The translations under genes and the position numbers were made by a program. From positions 32,001 to 96,000 of the forward strand of contig JBBRUX010000007.1 of NCBI GenBank assembly GCA_038247415.1: a DNA stretch of 64,000 nucleotides, written 5' to 3'. Below the pieces are notes generated by a model. That model was not told the origin of the DNA, made no database searches, and saw nothing but the letters and a program-made list of their open reading frames with translations. Every line of letters starts with the position of its first letter. The stretch's first letter is position 1. The stretch comes from Chitinivibrionales bacterium. GTDB taxonomy: Bacteria > Fibrobacterota > Chitinivibrionia > Chitinivibrionales > WJKA01. Below, one piece after another: positions 1-9,289 of this stretch.

Positions 1-1
1 T

Positions 2-937
2 TCTAAGCCTTATATCCTTGCTGCGCGCAATTATTTGCCAGAACACAGCAACGTTGCGGATCCTAACCTCTTATCTGTTAAAGAGGAGCCAATTAAAAAG
101 ATCGCCCTCTTCCGCGATGAATTAAAGAGACTGGGAATAGATCTTATCGTTGTTGTTCTTCCTACTAAGGCGTCAGTGTATCCAGAAGTGCTTAATCCTA
201 AAATTTCAAAGGATCTGTCGGGGAAATTGAGCCACTCTACAAAATCAATTGCAGAATTACGTGCGATGGGTGTAGAATGCGTCGATCTCTTTTCCGAATT
301 TGCAAAGGAACGCCAGAACGATGAACGTGCGGGAGACTCGCTTTATTTGGCAAAAGACACTCACTGGCGTGGGCGCGGTGTGCGTTGCGCTGCTAAGGCT
401 GTTGCAGATCGAATAAAGCAGTATTCTTGGTATACTCCCGGAACAACTACTTTTGAGATCGATACCATTATGGTAGACCGTGTTGGAGATATTGGATCTA
501 TGACAAAAATCACTGATGTCAAGTTTCATGACCTTCGCACAATTTTCCCCGTTGAAGCTACTAAATGCTATCAGGTTTACAAAGTTGAAAATGATTCAGC
601 AGGTAATCAGATTTCCCGTGCTTTGTATAGAGATGATTATGCTCGCTCCCAAGTATTGCTTTTGGGCGATAGCTTCTCGCGTATCTATCAAACAGATGCT
701 CCTATGAGCGCAGGATGGATTTCTCATATTGCTGCTGAACTTGAGCAACCAATTGCCTCTATCGTTTCGGATGGTGGAGCATCGACACTTGTTCGTGAGA
801 CACTTGCCCGTAAGGTAAATGTATTACGCAATAAGAAAGTGGTTGTATGGGAATTTGTAGAACGCGATTTCAGATATGGTGCCGAAGGTTGGAAAGATAT
901 TAAGCTCGATCTGAAGCAGACTGCATCTGCAGAATAA
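2..937 (+). CDS. AlgX/AlgJ-family SGNH O-acetyltransferase (5'-partial)
   Basis: LPTKASVYPE, DTHW and LLGDSF motifs; frame open to window edge. Confidence 0.85.
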   Translation, partial: SKPYILAARNYLPEHSNVADPNLLSVKEEPIKKIALFRDELKRLGIDLIVVVLPTKASVYPEVLNPKISKDLSGKLSHSTKSIAELRAMGVECVDLFSEFAKERQNDERAGDSLYLAKDTHWRGRGVRCAAKAVADRIKQYSWYTPGTTTFEIDTIMVDRVGDIGSMTKITDVKFHDLRTIFPVEATKCYQVYKVENDSAGNQISRALYRDDYARSQVLLLGDSFSRIYQTDAPMSAGWISHIAAELEQPIASIVSDGGASTLVRETLARKVNVLRNKKVVVWEFVERDFRYGAEGWKDIKLDLKQTASAE

Positions 938-1027
938 CAGCTCTTTTGTTCTTCACATGCTTTGTGCATGTGGAAAATGATGCGTAAGAGGTTTCGTATG
1001 ATATATTTTCTGAACATCTGAATAACT

Positions 1028-1066
1028 GCGCGCAATCTTTTTAAAAGATTGCGCGCTTTGCTTTTT
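1028..1066 (+). terminator. Strong hairpin/intrinsic terminator between the two alg-like genes
   Basis: GCGCGCAATCTTTT-T-AAAAGATTGCGCGC perfect inverted repeat followed by TTTGCTTTTTT. Confidence 0.6.
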
Positions 1067-1083
1067 TACCAAAAGGAGTAACT

Positions 1084-3090
1084 ATGGGACTTCATCGGAA
1101 TCTGGTTCTTGGCATTGGTATATATGCAACCGTTGCAACTGCAGCTGTTACACCGGTGTATACTGAACTTGCACCTAAATTTATTCTTAACAAGTCGCGA
1201 GCAACGGTTCGCGAAATTGCTAAGCCAACTATGGCAAATCTCGATTTTACTGCATACGATAAAAATCCTGTGCGCCTCGATTTTAAAGCTCAAAAGCCAA
1301 AGATGCCTGCTGCAAAGGTTACCTTTGCAGACCTAGGCTACGATGGCGCACTTTCTGATGTTGTTGACAGCGTTGGAAAAACACCTCTTACCGAAGCAGA
1401 ACTCTCTAATCCTCTTGCATGGAAGCCATTAAGTGAAAGGCTCTGGAAAGCAATAAAAAATCCATTCTTTGCCGAAGTTACCGGCAAGATCGAAGGTAAG
1501 AAATGGGCAGATCCTGCGATACCAAAACCGTATCAGGAAATTGCAGTTGCCTATGTGCATAAAACAACCGCCGGTGTTGAACTTTGGGTACGCATCGATT
1601 TTCCTGCTTGGTCAAAATTTTTGGCGCCCCGTGGCGCCGATGAAAATAAGGACGGTTTTTGCGAAGTGTACGGAAAGCTTTCTCTTGATAAACTTGATAA
1701 AGAAGTATGGGCAAAAGCTCTTGCTTATATCGAACAAGATTATTGTGTAAAGGTTCTTTCTAAAGACGAAATTACCGATTGGGTTACAATTCTTGCATCG
1801 TATTGGTATCCTGCTTTTAACACAGATATCATTGATATGACCAATGAAACTGCATGGCCCATAAAAGATACCGATAAAGACGTAGCTAAAGCACTTAAAG
1901 GTTTTAGCGTTAAGAATCCAACTGCAGTTGTAAAGGGAAATCCTTTTGGCAAGCTCATGTATAATGTGTATGTTGTTAAGGAACAAGATGGAGCAGTTGC
2001 CCCTGTTGTCCACGAGCAAGCCGCAGCTGCGCCCGTTGCTGCAATTATTGACAAAAGGGCAGATACCGCAGTTTCTGCGAATATGAAGGCTAATTCTACG
2101 CGCCTTGCTGCCGAAATTAAGCCATTTATAACCTATGAGGCTTGGGCAAAACAAAATGCTGCCGGGCTTGGTAATCTTAAAACCTTTTTAGGAACTATTC
2201 CAGCAGAGCAGATGGGTTTTGAAGGTAAAGACAATTGGGTATTCTTTCGTAAATCATGTGACTATATTTTGGGTGGCGATCTGAATGCTCAGGCAAAAGA
2301 TAAAAATCCCATACCTTCGCTTGTTGAGCTTAAAAAGTTCCTTGCATCAAAGGGTGTAAATCTTTTGTTTGTTCCCGTACCCAATAAAGAAGAAGTTTAC
2401 TACGATAAGCTTCCTTGTACCACGATCCCCGACGCTGCGGCAGTGTATAATCCTTATTCTCGCAAGTTTATCAAGGATGCTCAGGATGCTGGTATCGAAG
2501 TAATTGACTTGCTTCCACTGTTTCTTGCAGCAAAAGCAAAAGACAAGGACTCAAAAGAAAAGGTGTATCAGTTACATGATACCCATTGGACAGATAGGGG
2601 ATTGGAGATTGCTGCAACAGCTATTGCAGACCGCGTAAAACAGTATGGCTGGTATAGTTCCATTACGCCTGCTAAATATTCGATTGTCGATACCACTTTT
2701 GATCGTCAGGGTGATATTGTTGATAAATTGCCCGATGCGCTTAAGTCTAAATATGCACCTGTCAATCTTAAGGGTGCAATGGTCCGCGCTGCCGATGGAA
2801 AGCCCTATAAGGGTGCTGCAACAGACCCAATCATTCTAATGGGTGATAGTTTTACGGGCGTTTTTGAATCGGTCGACTGCAAGAGCGCTGGCGTTGGTGC
2901 TCATATTGCAGCTAACTCTGGTGTTGGTGTTGATATCATCACCAGCTGGGGCGGTGGCCCTGGTGTTCGCAACAAGATGCTTCGTGCTCGTTCTACAGCT
3001 CTCGGGCAGAAGCGCCTGGTTATTTACATGATGGTAGCTCGCGATTTGTATAATTATTCTCAGTCGTGGGAACCGCTTAAGCCAGAATAG
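1084..3090 (+). CDS. Secreted AlgX/AlgJ-family SGNH protein with long N-terminal extension
   Basis: Signal peptide; GKDNWVFF, VPNKEEVY, DTHW, LMGDSF in C-terminal ~300 aa; AGGAG SD. Confidence 0.85.
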   Translation: MGLHRNLVLGIGIYATVATAAVTPVYTELAPKFILNKSRATVREIAKPTMANLDFTAYDKNPVRLDFKAQKPKMPAAKVTFADLGYDGALSDVVDSVGKTPLTEAELSNPLAWKPLSERLWKAIKNPFFAEVTGKIEGKKWADPAIPKPYQEIAVAYVHKTTAGVELWVRIDFPAWSKFLAPRGADENKDGFCEVYGKLSLDKLDKEVWAKALAYIEQDYCVKVLSKDEITDWVTILASYWYPAFNTDIIDMTNETAWPIKDTDKDVAKALKGFSVKNPTAVVKGNPFGKLMYNVYVVKEQDGAVAPVVHEQAAAAPVAAIIDKRADTAVSANMKANSTRLAAEIKPFITYEAWAKQNAAGLGNLKTFLGTIPAEQMGFEGKDNWVFFRKSCDYILGGDLNAQAKDKNPIPSLVELKKFLASKGVNLLFVPVPNKEEVYYDKLPCTTIPDAAAVYNPYSRKFIKDAQDAGIEVIDLLPLFLAAKAKDKDSKEKVYQLHDTHWTDRGLEIAATAIADRVKQYGWYSSITPAKYSIVDTTFDRQGDIVDKLPDALKSKYAPVNLKGAMVRAADGKPYKGAATDPIILMGDSFTGVFESVDCKSAGVGAHIAANSGVGVDIITSWGGGPGVRNKMLRARSTALGQKRLVIYMMVARDLYNYSQSWEPLKPE

Positions 3091-3130
3091 TTTTTTGTTT
3101 TTTTTTGGTTTGAGTTTGAAATGTTTTTGT

Positions 3131-3171
3131 AAAGGGTGTCCACTAGAATTTCTCGTGGGCACCTTTTTTTT
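3131..3171 (+). terminator. Rho-independent terminator
   Basis: AAAGGGTGTCCAC...GTGGGCACC stem followed by T-run after stop. Confidence 0.7.
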
Positions 3172-3408
3172 CGCCCTTGGCTGGTTCTGGTATGTCAGTT
3201 CTAATGGATATCCAATTTTTCCCCACTGCTCGCCCTTCCTCAAAAATAAGCATAGCGTACAATACTTCGGCAGCTTGGCATCCTCAATATCTGGCAAAAA
3301 GATGCGTCTGGATATACATTAAATAATGCGTTATCTAATGGTTTAAGAATTTTGGCGCTTCATACAACGTACTACCACTTAAAACCGCCTTGAAAAGAGG
3401 TTCAAACT

Positions 3409-4170
3409 ATGTTTGTTCAACGCAGTGCTTCCTTAAAGACTGGGATACTTGTATGTTCTATGCTCTCGTCGCTGTTTGCCTACGAATCATCGCTTAATAA
3501 TCTTGTTGTTCCGTCAACAATTGAATCTCCGAGCCTAGAAGCTACATTTGAGCATCGATTTGGGCGTGCTCTTGGCATGTCGGCACATGGTGGCAGCATT
3601 ATGGGAGGCGCAAATATCGGGCTTGGTATGCGAGGAGAAATCTGGAAGGGGATTGGTGCGACCTTTTACTATACCTATCGGAATAATGAATTTGATGGAG
3701 CTGTTACCTATTCTCAAAGTGTAGATTTTTTGCAATTAGATATATTGGGTTCGATACATGCATTTACGTATCAAAAAAGTGAATGGAACAATTTCAGGGC
3801 AACAAACGCTGCGTATGATATTGCGCTTCAATCGAAACCATTGCTCTTTGATCATCTCGTCCTCAATGCAGGCATGAATTATGATGGCTATAATGCTCAT
3901 GTAGGATTAGGTCTTGGAACTACAGTACAAATTATAGAAAAAGTTGCGCTTGTGGGAGAACTTTTCCCATTAATTCCAAACGCCTCCAATGTAAATATTG
4001 GGTCAAAACCATGTTTTTCGGCAGGTATTAAATACGATACCTACGGACATCATTTTAAATTGTCGGTTGCAAATTCCACAGAGCTTGGTCAACGGCATGC
4101 AATGCTTGGCACGAATTCCAAAAATGTGTACTTCGGTTTTTCGATTCAACGACACGTTTCTTTTGAGTAA
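3409..4170 (+). CDS. Outer-membrane beta-barrel protein (DUF5777-like)
   Basis: Signal peptide, EHRFG, YGHHFKLSVANS, C-terminal YFGFSIQR strand. Confidence 0.65.
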   Translation: MFVQRSASLKTGILVCSMLSSLFAYESSLNNLVVPSTIESPSLEATFEHRFGRALGMSAHGGSIMGGANIGLGMRGEIWKGIGATFYYTYRNNEFDGAVTYSQSVDFLQLDILGSIHAFTYQKSEWNNFRATNAAYDIALQSKPLLFDHLVLNAGMNYDGYNAHVGLGLGTTVQIIEKVALVGELFPLIPNASNVNIGSKPCFSAGIKYDTYGHHFKLSVANSTELGQRHAMLGTNSKNVYFGFSIQRHVSFE

Positions 4171-4193
4171 ATGATTGACAATCTGTGAGTCCA

Positions 4194-5048
4194 TCACGGA
4201 GAGGTTTTAAAAGTAGCTGCCACAGCGTTAAGCTCATCGCCAAGTTTGGCCAAATCGTTTGATTGGCTGCGCTCTCTAGATTTCCTACAAGTTCTTTGGC
4301 CTCACGAGACTGGACATCTGCTTCTGCAGCAATATTCGATTCATCGCGACATGCTTTTTGAACTTCTGCAAGGGATGCACTCATTTCTTCGATGGCCGAT
4401 GCAACGGTGTTGACATTAGAAGAAATGCTTTCGCTTGCAACCGCAATTTGGTTGACATTAGTTTCAACAAGGCTAGCCGACGACGAAACCGAGGAAGATT
4501 CCTGATTCATACGTTGTGCAGTTGCGGTTAAAGTAGTGGTTGCTTCGCGCACTTCAGTGGTGTTTTTGGAGAGTGCTATGGCGCCTTCTTTTATGCGGCG
4601 TACCATGTTCCCTAAATTTGTTGTAGTAGTTTGTAAAGCACGTGAAATGTGGGCAACTTCGTCGTTGCCTGTGGTGGTAACCTGCACCGTAAGGTCGCCA
4701 TTACCAATTTGTTCCATATCTTTTAACAAAGCGCGTATCGGCATGGTAATAGATGCTATTATTGAAATTGCCAAAAGGATAAAAAGTAATGAGGCTCGAA
4801 TCGTAGGTTCTTAAATAGCCCTGAGCAGCTGCTTGACGCTTAAATACATTTGCGTCCATTTCCAAAGCATGCTCACGTAATCGTATTGCATTTTCTAAAG
4901 AGTTTGTTGCAAGAGCTTGCAGCCCTACTCCAATAAGTAGCGCCGCTAGGCCGGATGCTGCAAAAACAATCAGGCGCGCTCGTAAAGAGTATCGCGCCGA
5001 TAGGGCAACAAATTTCGTAAGAAAAGTAGGCATTGAAGCATTCGTCAT
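4194..5048 (-). pseudogene. Methyl-accepting chemotaxis protein, two internal deletions
   Basis: TM1, out-of-frame junction to TM2-HAMP (GNGDLT, NDEV), heptads, then out-of-frame junction to C-terminal NDLAKLGDELNAVAATFKTSP; signalling hairpin absent. Confidence 0.8.
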
Positions 5049-5340
5049 TGTGCTGTGGTCTTTTGGATTTCTTCGAGGGTCATATCATACACGCCGCAGC
5101 CTACGACTACGGGGATGCCATCTATAGTTGCTTTTTTAACATACGATACTTTGAGAGAACGTTCGGTTGCACCAGGTTTAGGCCACATATAATCGATCCA
5201 GCCAGATCCTTTTTCTTTGCATATGGCAATCATATCAACAAAAAAAGCGTTTGCCATTCGAATCTTTAAGACCCAAAAGATCTTGTCCTTCCATACCTGT
5301 CATTTCTGCGGGAGGATGGCAAGCGATTTGGTGAACTATG
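5045..5340 (-). pseudogene. Single Cache domain protein, frameshifted and 5'-truncated
   Basis: ACHP..GQDLLGLKDSNGKRFF joins VDMIAICKEKGSGWIDYMWPKPG only if one base is removed from the A7 run at 5240-5246. Confidence 0.75.
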
Positions 5341-5346
5341 CTTTTA

Positions 5347-6222
5347 TTACAATAGGGCTTTGCGAAGAACCACAAGGTTAGATTCCATTATTTGTAAGTA
5401 AGCATTAGGAGAATTAGGCCCACTTACAGCAGGATCGAGAGTCCAAATGGTTGCACCTGTTTCTTGTGCAATGGTTTGAGCTGCCTTAAGGGAGTATTGG
5501 GGTTCGGCAAAAAGAGCTTTGATTTTTGATGCGCGGATTATTCGAATAGTTTGGGCCAGATCCCGTGCGCTGGGTTCTGAGCCTGGTTCGCGCTCGATAA
5601 CAGCAGCTACGGTGAGGTTAAATTCCTGCGCAAAATACGGAAAAGCCTCATGAAAGGTAATTATTGAGCGGTTTGAGAGAGGCGCAAGTGCCTCATGCAT
5701 TTTTTGCTGAAGCGTTTTGAGTTTCAACACATAGATGTCGCAGTTTGCTGCATAGCGTGTTGCATTGACAGGGTCAAGCCGCGAGAGTGCGGATGCAATG
5801 TTTTTTGTTTGTGCAATGGCGCCTGCTATTGACACAAATATATGAGGATTTTCGCCGGTATTGCCTTCACCCATAATAAATTGTAAATCCTTGCTTGCAT
5901 TTATGATGGTGAGGTTTGGGCGTGAGCTCATAGCTTTGCTCATAAACGACTCCATACCGCCACCATTTATTACCATGACCCATGCGGTTGAAAGTGTTTT
6001 CATGTCGGTGGGGGTAAGTTGGTAATCATGCAAACAGCCCGATTGCGGTTTTGTCATGTTGACAACAGTAATCCCTGATACGTTTTGGGCAACATTAAGC
6101 GTGGTGATATACATGGGGTAGAATGATGTGAGGATTATGCGGTTGACAGGTTTGGTCTCTGCTGCATGAAGATGGGATGCAAAAAAGAGAAGTGTTAGCA
6201 GTGTAATGAGATGTTTTCGCAT
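5347..6222 (-). CDS. Metal ABC transporter substrate-binding protein (ZnuA/TroA family)
   Basis: SFYPMY, GCLHDYQ, NPHIFVS, FHEAFPYF, EPSARDL. Confidence 0.9.
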   Translation of the reverse strand: MRKHLITLLTLLFFASHLHAAETKPVNRIILTSFYPMYITTLNVAQNVSGITVVNMTKPQSGCLHDYQLTPTDMKTLSTAWVMVINGGGMESFMSKAMSSRPNLTIINASKDLQFIMGEGNTGENPHIFVSIAGAIAQTKNIASALSRLDPVNATRYAANCDIYVLKLKTLQQKMHEALAPLSNRSIITFHEAFPYFAQEFNLTVAAVIEREPGSEPSARDLAQTIRIIRASKIKALFAEPQYSLKAAQTIAQETGATIWTLDPAVSGPNSPNAYLQIMESNLVVLRKALL

Positions 6223-6255
6223 TGTGATAGTCCTTGGTTCCATATTTTTTTTACT

Positions 6256-6368
6256 TCCCTTGCCCACGGGCGTGAGGGATTATCGAATAGATCATGACCC
6301 CTCCCACTTCGACCCTTCGACGGGCTCAGTGCAACGCCTGGCCCCTCTCTCCAAGAGAGAGGGGGACT
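6256..6368. repeat. REP-like palindromic cluster
   Basis: CCCCTCTCTC-CAA-GAGAGAGGGG stem (6342-6364), CTTCGAC twice plus GCTCAGTGCAACG, second hairpin 6256-6279. Confidence 0.55.
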
Positions 6369-6569
6369 TGACCCAAAAAACGCTTTGGATAGAGCTCTAA
6401 TTCCCCAAAAAAACTACGGAATTGTAAAAGAATTTGTCATCGACTGCGTTACACTTCCCCGTGGATCTTTAAGGCTTATCCGCCACAAAACATCTCCCGT
6501 GATAGTTTTCTTAAAACCGTAACGACGTTTAGTGTTTGTTTCATATTTCATAGAGGTATTCCTTCCCGC

Positions 6570-7448
6570 CTAAAACAGGAATGTTAACGAGAACGCTGTA
6601 AAACCAACAGCCCCAGACATCAGACATGCATTTCCGATTAAAGCTGCACGATCTCGCTTGTCGCCAAGGGAGGTTACTGTGGGAGTGGCTTTTTGGTATT
6701 GGGTATTGTAAACAGCTGAGGCAATAAGGGATCCCGCTGCAATTCCGAGTGATACAGATCCAAATACTGCGGTTGCTACGCGTGGTGGCCGCAACCATGT
6801 CTTGACTTTTGGGGTTGTCAGATTTTTTTGCGGAGAGGCATGTATATCAGGACTTGTCACCGTGGTTCTGTGAATAGTAAGTTTTTGGACAATCCCTTCG
6901 CGAGGAATATCTAGAGGCTTTGAGTTGAGGGTTATTTTGCCGATATTGTTATCTGCAAAGGCGACAGTATCTAAGTGCACTTCGGTATTGTTTGAGTCGA
7001 TAACAATGCCATAATCTGAACCGCGAATAATGGTATGTTTAAATCGCACTATTCCGCCCTGCTCTACATAAATTCCTGCCCAACGTTTGCCATCGGGTTT
7101 GGTTGTCCACGGGCATTCCTTCGCAAGAAGTTGTCTAAAGAGAATGCTTTTTGATTCTGTTCCGCTGCATACCAAGGTGCCTCGAATACGAATAGCTGCA
7201 TTTTGTGCCATAAGACATTCGGTTCCAGCAGCGAGGGTCATTGTTTTCTCTTTGTCAATAATAATATCATGAAGAATTAAAAACTTTTGGCTATCGTATT
7301 CTCCATCTTGAAGGGTATCGACCATAGGAGTATAGCCAGGACAGCGCGGTACCTGATCAATTTCGTTTGATTGAGAATATGCTAAAGAAAAGAGAAGTAC
7401 TATTGAGGAATAAAAAAATGAACATGATAAAAACCGCAGTTTCCCCAT
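6570..7448 (-). CDS. Hypothetical secreted/membrane protein, parallel beta-helix-like domain
   Basis: Signal peptide, IRGTLVCSGT..ILF, WAGIYV, two C-terminal hydrophobic helices. Confidence 0.6.
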   Translation of the reverse strand: MGKLRFLSCSFFYSSIVLLFSLAYSQSNEIDQVPRCPGYTPMVDTLQDGEYDSQKFLILHDIIIDKEKTMTLAAGTECLMAQNAAIRIRGTLVCSGTESKSILFRQLLAKECPWTTKPDGKRWAGIYVEQGGIVRFKHTIIRGSDYGIVIDSNNTEVHLDTVAFADNNIGKITLNSKPLDIPREGIVQKLTIHRTTVTSPDIHASPQKNLTTPKVKTWLRPPRVATAVFGSVSLGIAAGSLIASAVYNTQYQKATPTVTSLGDKRDRAALIGNACLMSGAVGFTAFSLTFLF

Positions 7449-7555
7449 TATCAGGAAGCCTTCGAAAAGTGGGCGTGAAAAATATTTTCAATATAAGTTA
7501 TGCTAGTAAGAAAATATACGATGGGTTGCTGATTGTGGAAGGATTATAGCAAGTT

Positions 7556-8110
7556 TTAATGAGGTGTTGAAATGCTGGTTATCCACTGAGCAGCTTCTAA
7601 AAGATTGTTGAATGTAAGGCTTTGTGGGTCGAGGTCGTTAAAATGCTTTTGGCCATGCCCTGTTAATACATACAGTCCTCTTCCTCCTGCGTTTTGAGCA
7701 AATTGTACATCGTGAGGATGATCTCCAATAGAAAAAGAATTTGGTATATCCAGAGAATACTTTTCTTGGGCTTTTTTTATAAAATATGGTTTTGGTTTGA
7801 TACAGTCACAGTTGTCGTTTCTGGTATGGGCACAACAATATACTTCTTGAATGGTAACACCGTGTGATAAGAGTGTGTCTACAACATGGCGATTAATTTC
7901 TTGCGCTTGCGAAAGTGTAATTCTGCCAAGGCCCACAGCCGATTGATTGGTTACAATAAAGAGTTGATACTTAGTTTGAAGAATTTTAAGAGCTTCTATA
8001 CTAAAGGGGAAAATGTCAACATCGTTAATGTTTGACAAGTTACCTTTATCTTCGATGATAGTACCATCTCTATCAAGAAAAATAGCTGGCCTGTGGGTAT
8101 TTGTTTTCAT
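7556..8110 (-). CDS. gmhB: D-glycero-D-manno-heptose-1,7-bisphosphate phosphatase-like HAD IIIA
   Basis: FLDRDGT, VTNQS, CxH..CDCIKPKP, IGD, VLTGHG. Confidence 0.85.
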   Translation of the reverse strand: MKTNTHRPAIFLDRDGTIIEDKGNLSNINDVDIFPFSIEALKILQTKYQLFIVTNQSAVGLGRITLSQAQEINRHVVDTLLSHGVTIQEVYCCAHTRNDNCDCIKPKPYFIKKAQEKYSLDIPNSFSIGDHPHDVQFAQNAGGRGLYVLTGHGQKHFNDLDPQSLTFNNLLEAAQWITSISTPH

Positions 8111-8228
8111 GTAATCCTTCAATGCCGAAAGATCGTGAGAGTGCGCGTTAAGCTCGCACGATTAAAAATGCTGCTCATGTGCTGAATTATCCGTCATTTT
8201 TGCGATATTTGCAAGCCCAATAGCAGAA

Positions 8229-8654
8229 CTATTCATCGAGATGGGTTAAAACTTTATTGAGGAGCTCAACCAGATGATCGAGCTCATTTTTTTCCAATGC
8301 TTTTTCAAAATATTTTGCGTACCCTCGATGAATCTCATCATGAAGCTCTGAAATTTTTAGGCCTTTGTTCGTCAAATGGACATAGGATTTTCGGCGATCA
8401 TCAGATGATTGCGTTTTTGTAATATAGCCACTTTTTTCGAGTTTGTCTAATGCTACCGTGGCAGTTGGTTTCGTAACCTTGAGAAGGGTTGCCAGGTCAC
8501 TTATTGGGGGTGCCGCTTTTAAATGTCTGATTGCTTCGAGATAGTGAATTTGAGTAACAGATAAATTTGAAAAAGCGCTTTTTTGAGTCACTTTAACTTC
8601 ATGATCCCGGATTCTCTTTGATAAGCGCTCTATTATTTCAGATAGGGTATACAT
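8229..8654 (-). CDS. MarR-family regulator with AdcR/ZitR-like His residues
   Basis: wHTH, DDRR..HLT, QIHYL, ELHDEIH. Confidence 0.85.
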   Translation of the reverse strand: MYTLSEIIERLSKRIRDHEVKVTQKSAFSNLSVTQIHYLEAIRHLKAAPPISDLATLLKVTKPTATVALDKLEKSGYITKTQSSDDRRKSYVHLTNKGLKISELHDEIHRGYAKYFEKALEKNELDHLVELLNKVLTHLDE

Positions 8655-8675
8655 TGAAAGTTTCCTTTTGATTTG

Positions 8676-8689
8676 TTAGTACAAACTAA
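8676..8689. promoter_or_regulatory. Candidate MarR operator
   Basis: TTAGT-ACAA-ACTAA palindrome 21 bp upstream of marR start. Confidence 0.5.
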
Positions 8690-8800
8690 TTAAATATACA
8701 CTTTTTTGCTAAAATTGTTAAATTTTAGTTCTTATGGAGGATAAAACAATAATGTTAATGAATCATCGTATTTAGTTCAATTCTTTAAGGAGTAATTATT

Positions 8801-9169
8801 GTGGCTATTCGTTTGAGTATTCTCTGTATCTGTTTGATGAGTGCGGCTGGGATTGCCCAAGCATCCGAACACATGCTTCCGGAAAAAGCCCCTGGTCTTC
8901 TTATTCTTTGTAAAGATACCTGCTCAAGTTCAGATCTCTCTGGTGGGCATGCGCCTTCATGTGATTGTGAATGTCATCAAGACCCACTCGATTCAAAAGA
9001 AGTTCCCGTTGTGCAACGTGCTCAACATACAAGAACGAACCCCATTCTTATTCTAGCTCTCCATTCATTACTTCCCGATCGATATGCCTCCAACACATCC
9101 TTCTCGAAATGTCTTTCCTCCTCCAGAGTAGATTCTTCTGCGCCAAAACTTCTCTTTCTGCGCATCTGA
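8801..9169 (+). CDS. Small Cys/His-rich exported leader protein (CzcI-like position)
   Basis: AAGGAG SD + GTG, signal peptide, HAPSCDCECH, ends LLFLRI. Confidence 0.65.
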   Translation: MAIRLSILCICLMSAAGIAQASEHMLPEKAPGLLILCKDTCSSSDLSGGHAPSCDCECHQDPLDSKEVPVVQRAQHTRTNPILILALHSLLPDRYASNTSFSKCLSSSRVDSSAPKLLFLRI

Positions 9170-9289
9170 TTTCTTGAAAAAATCCTGATCAAAGTTTACT
9201 AGTATCTAATGTTCGAGAAAGTTCAGAATGCCCGGTTTGTGCATTCTGAACCATATGCATATCCTATCTATTTAAATTTGTAGGAGGTT

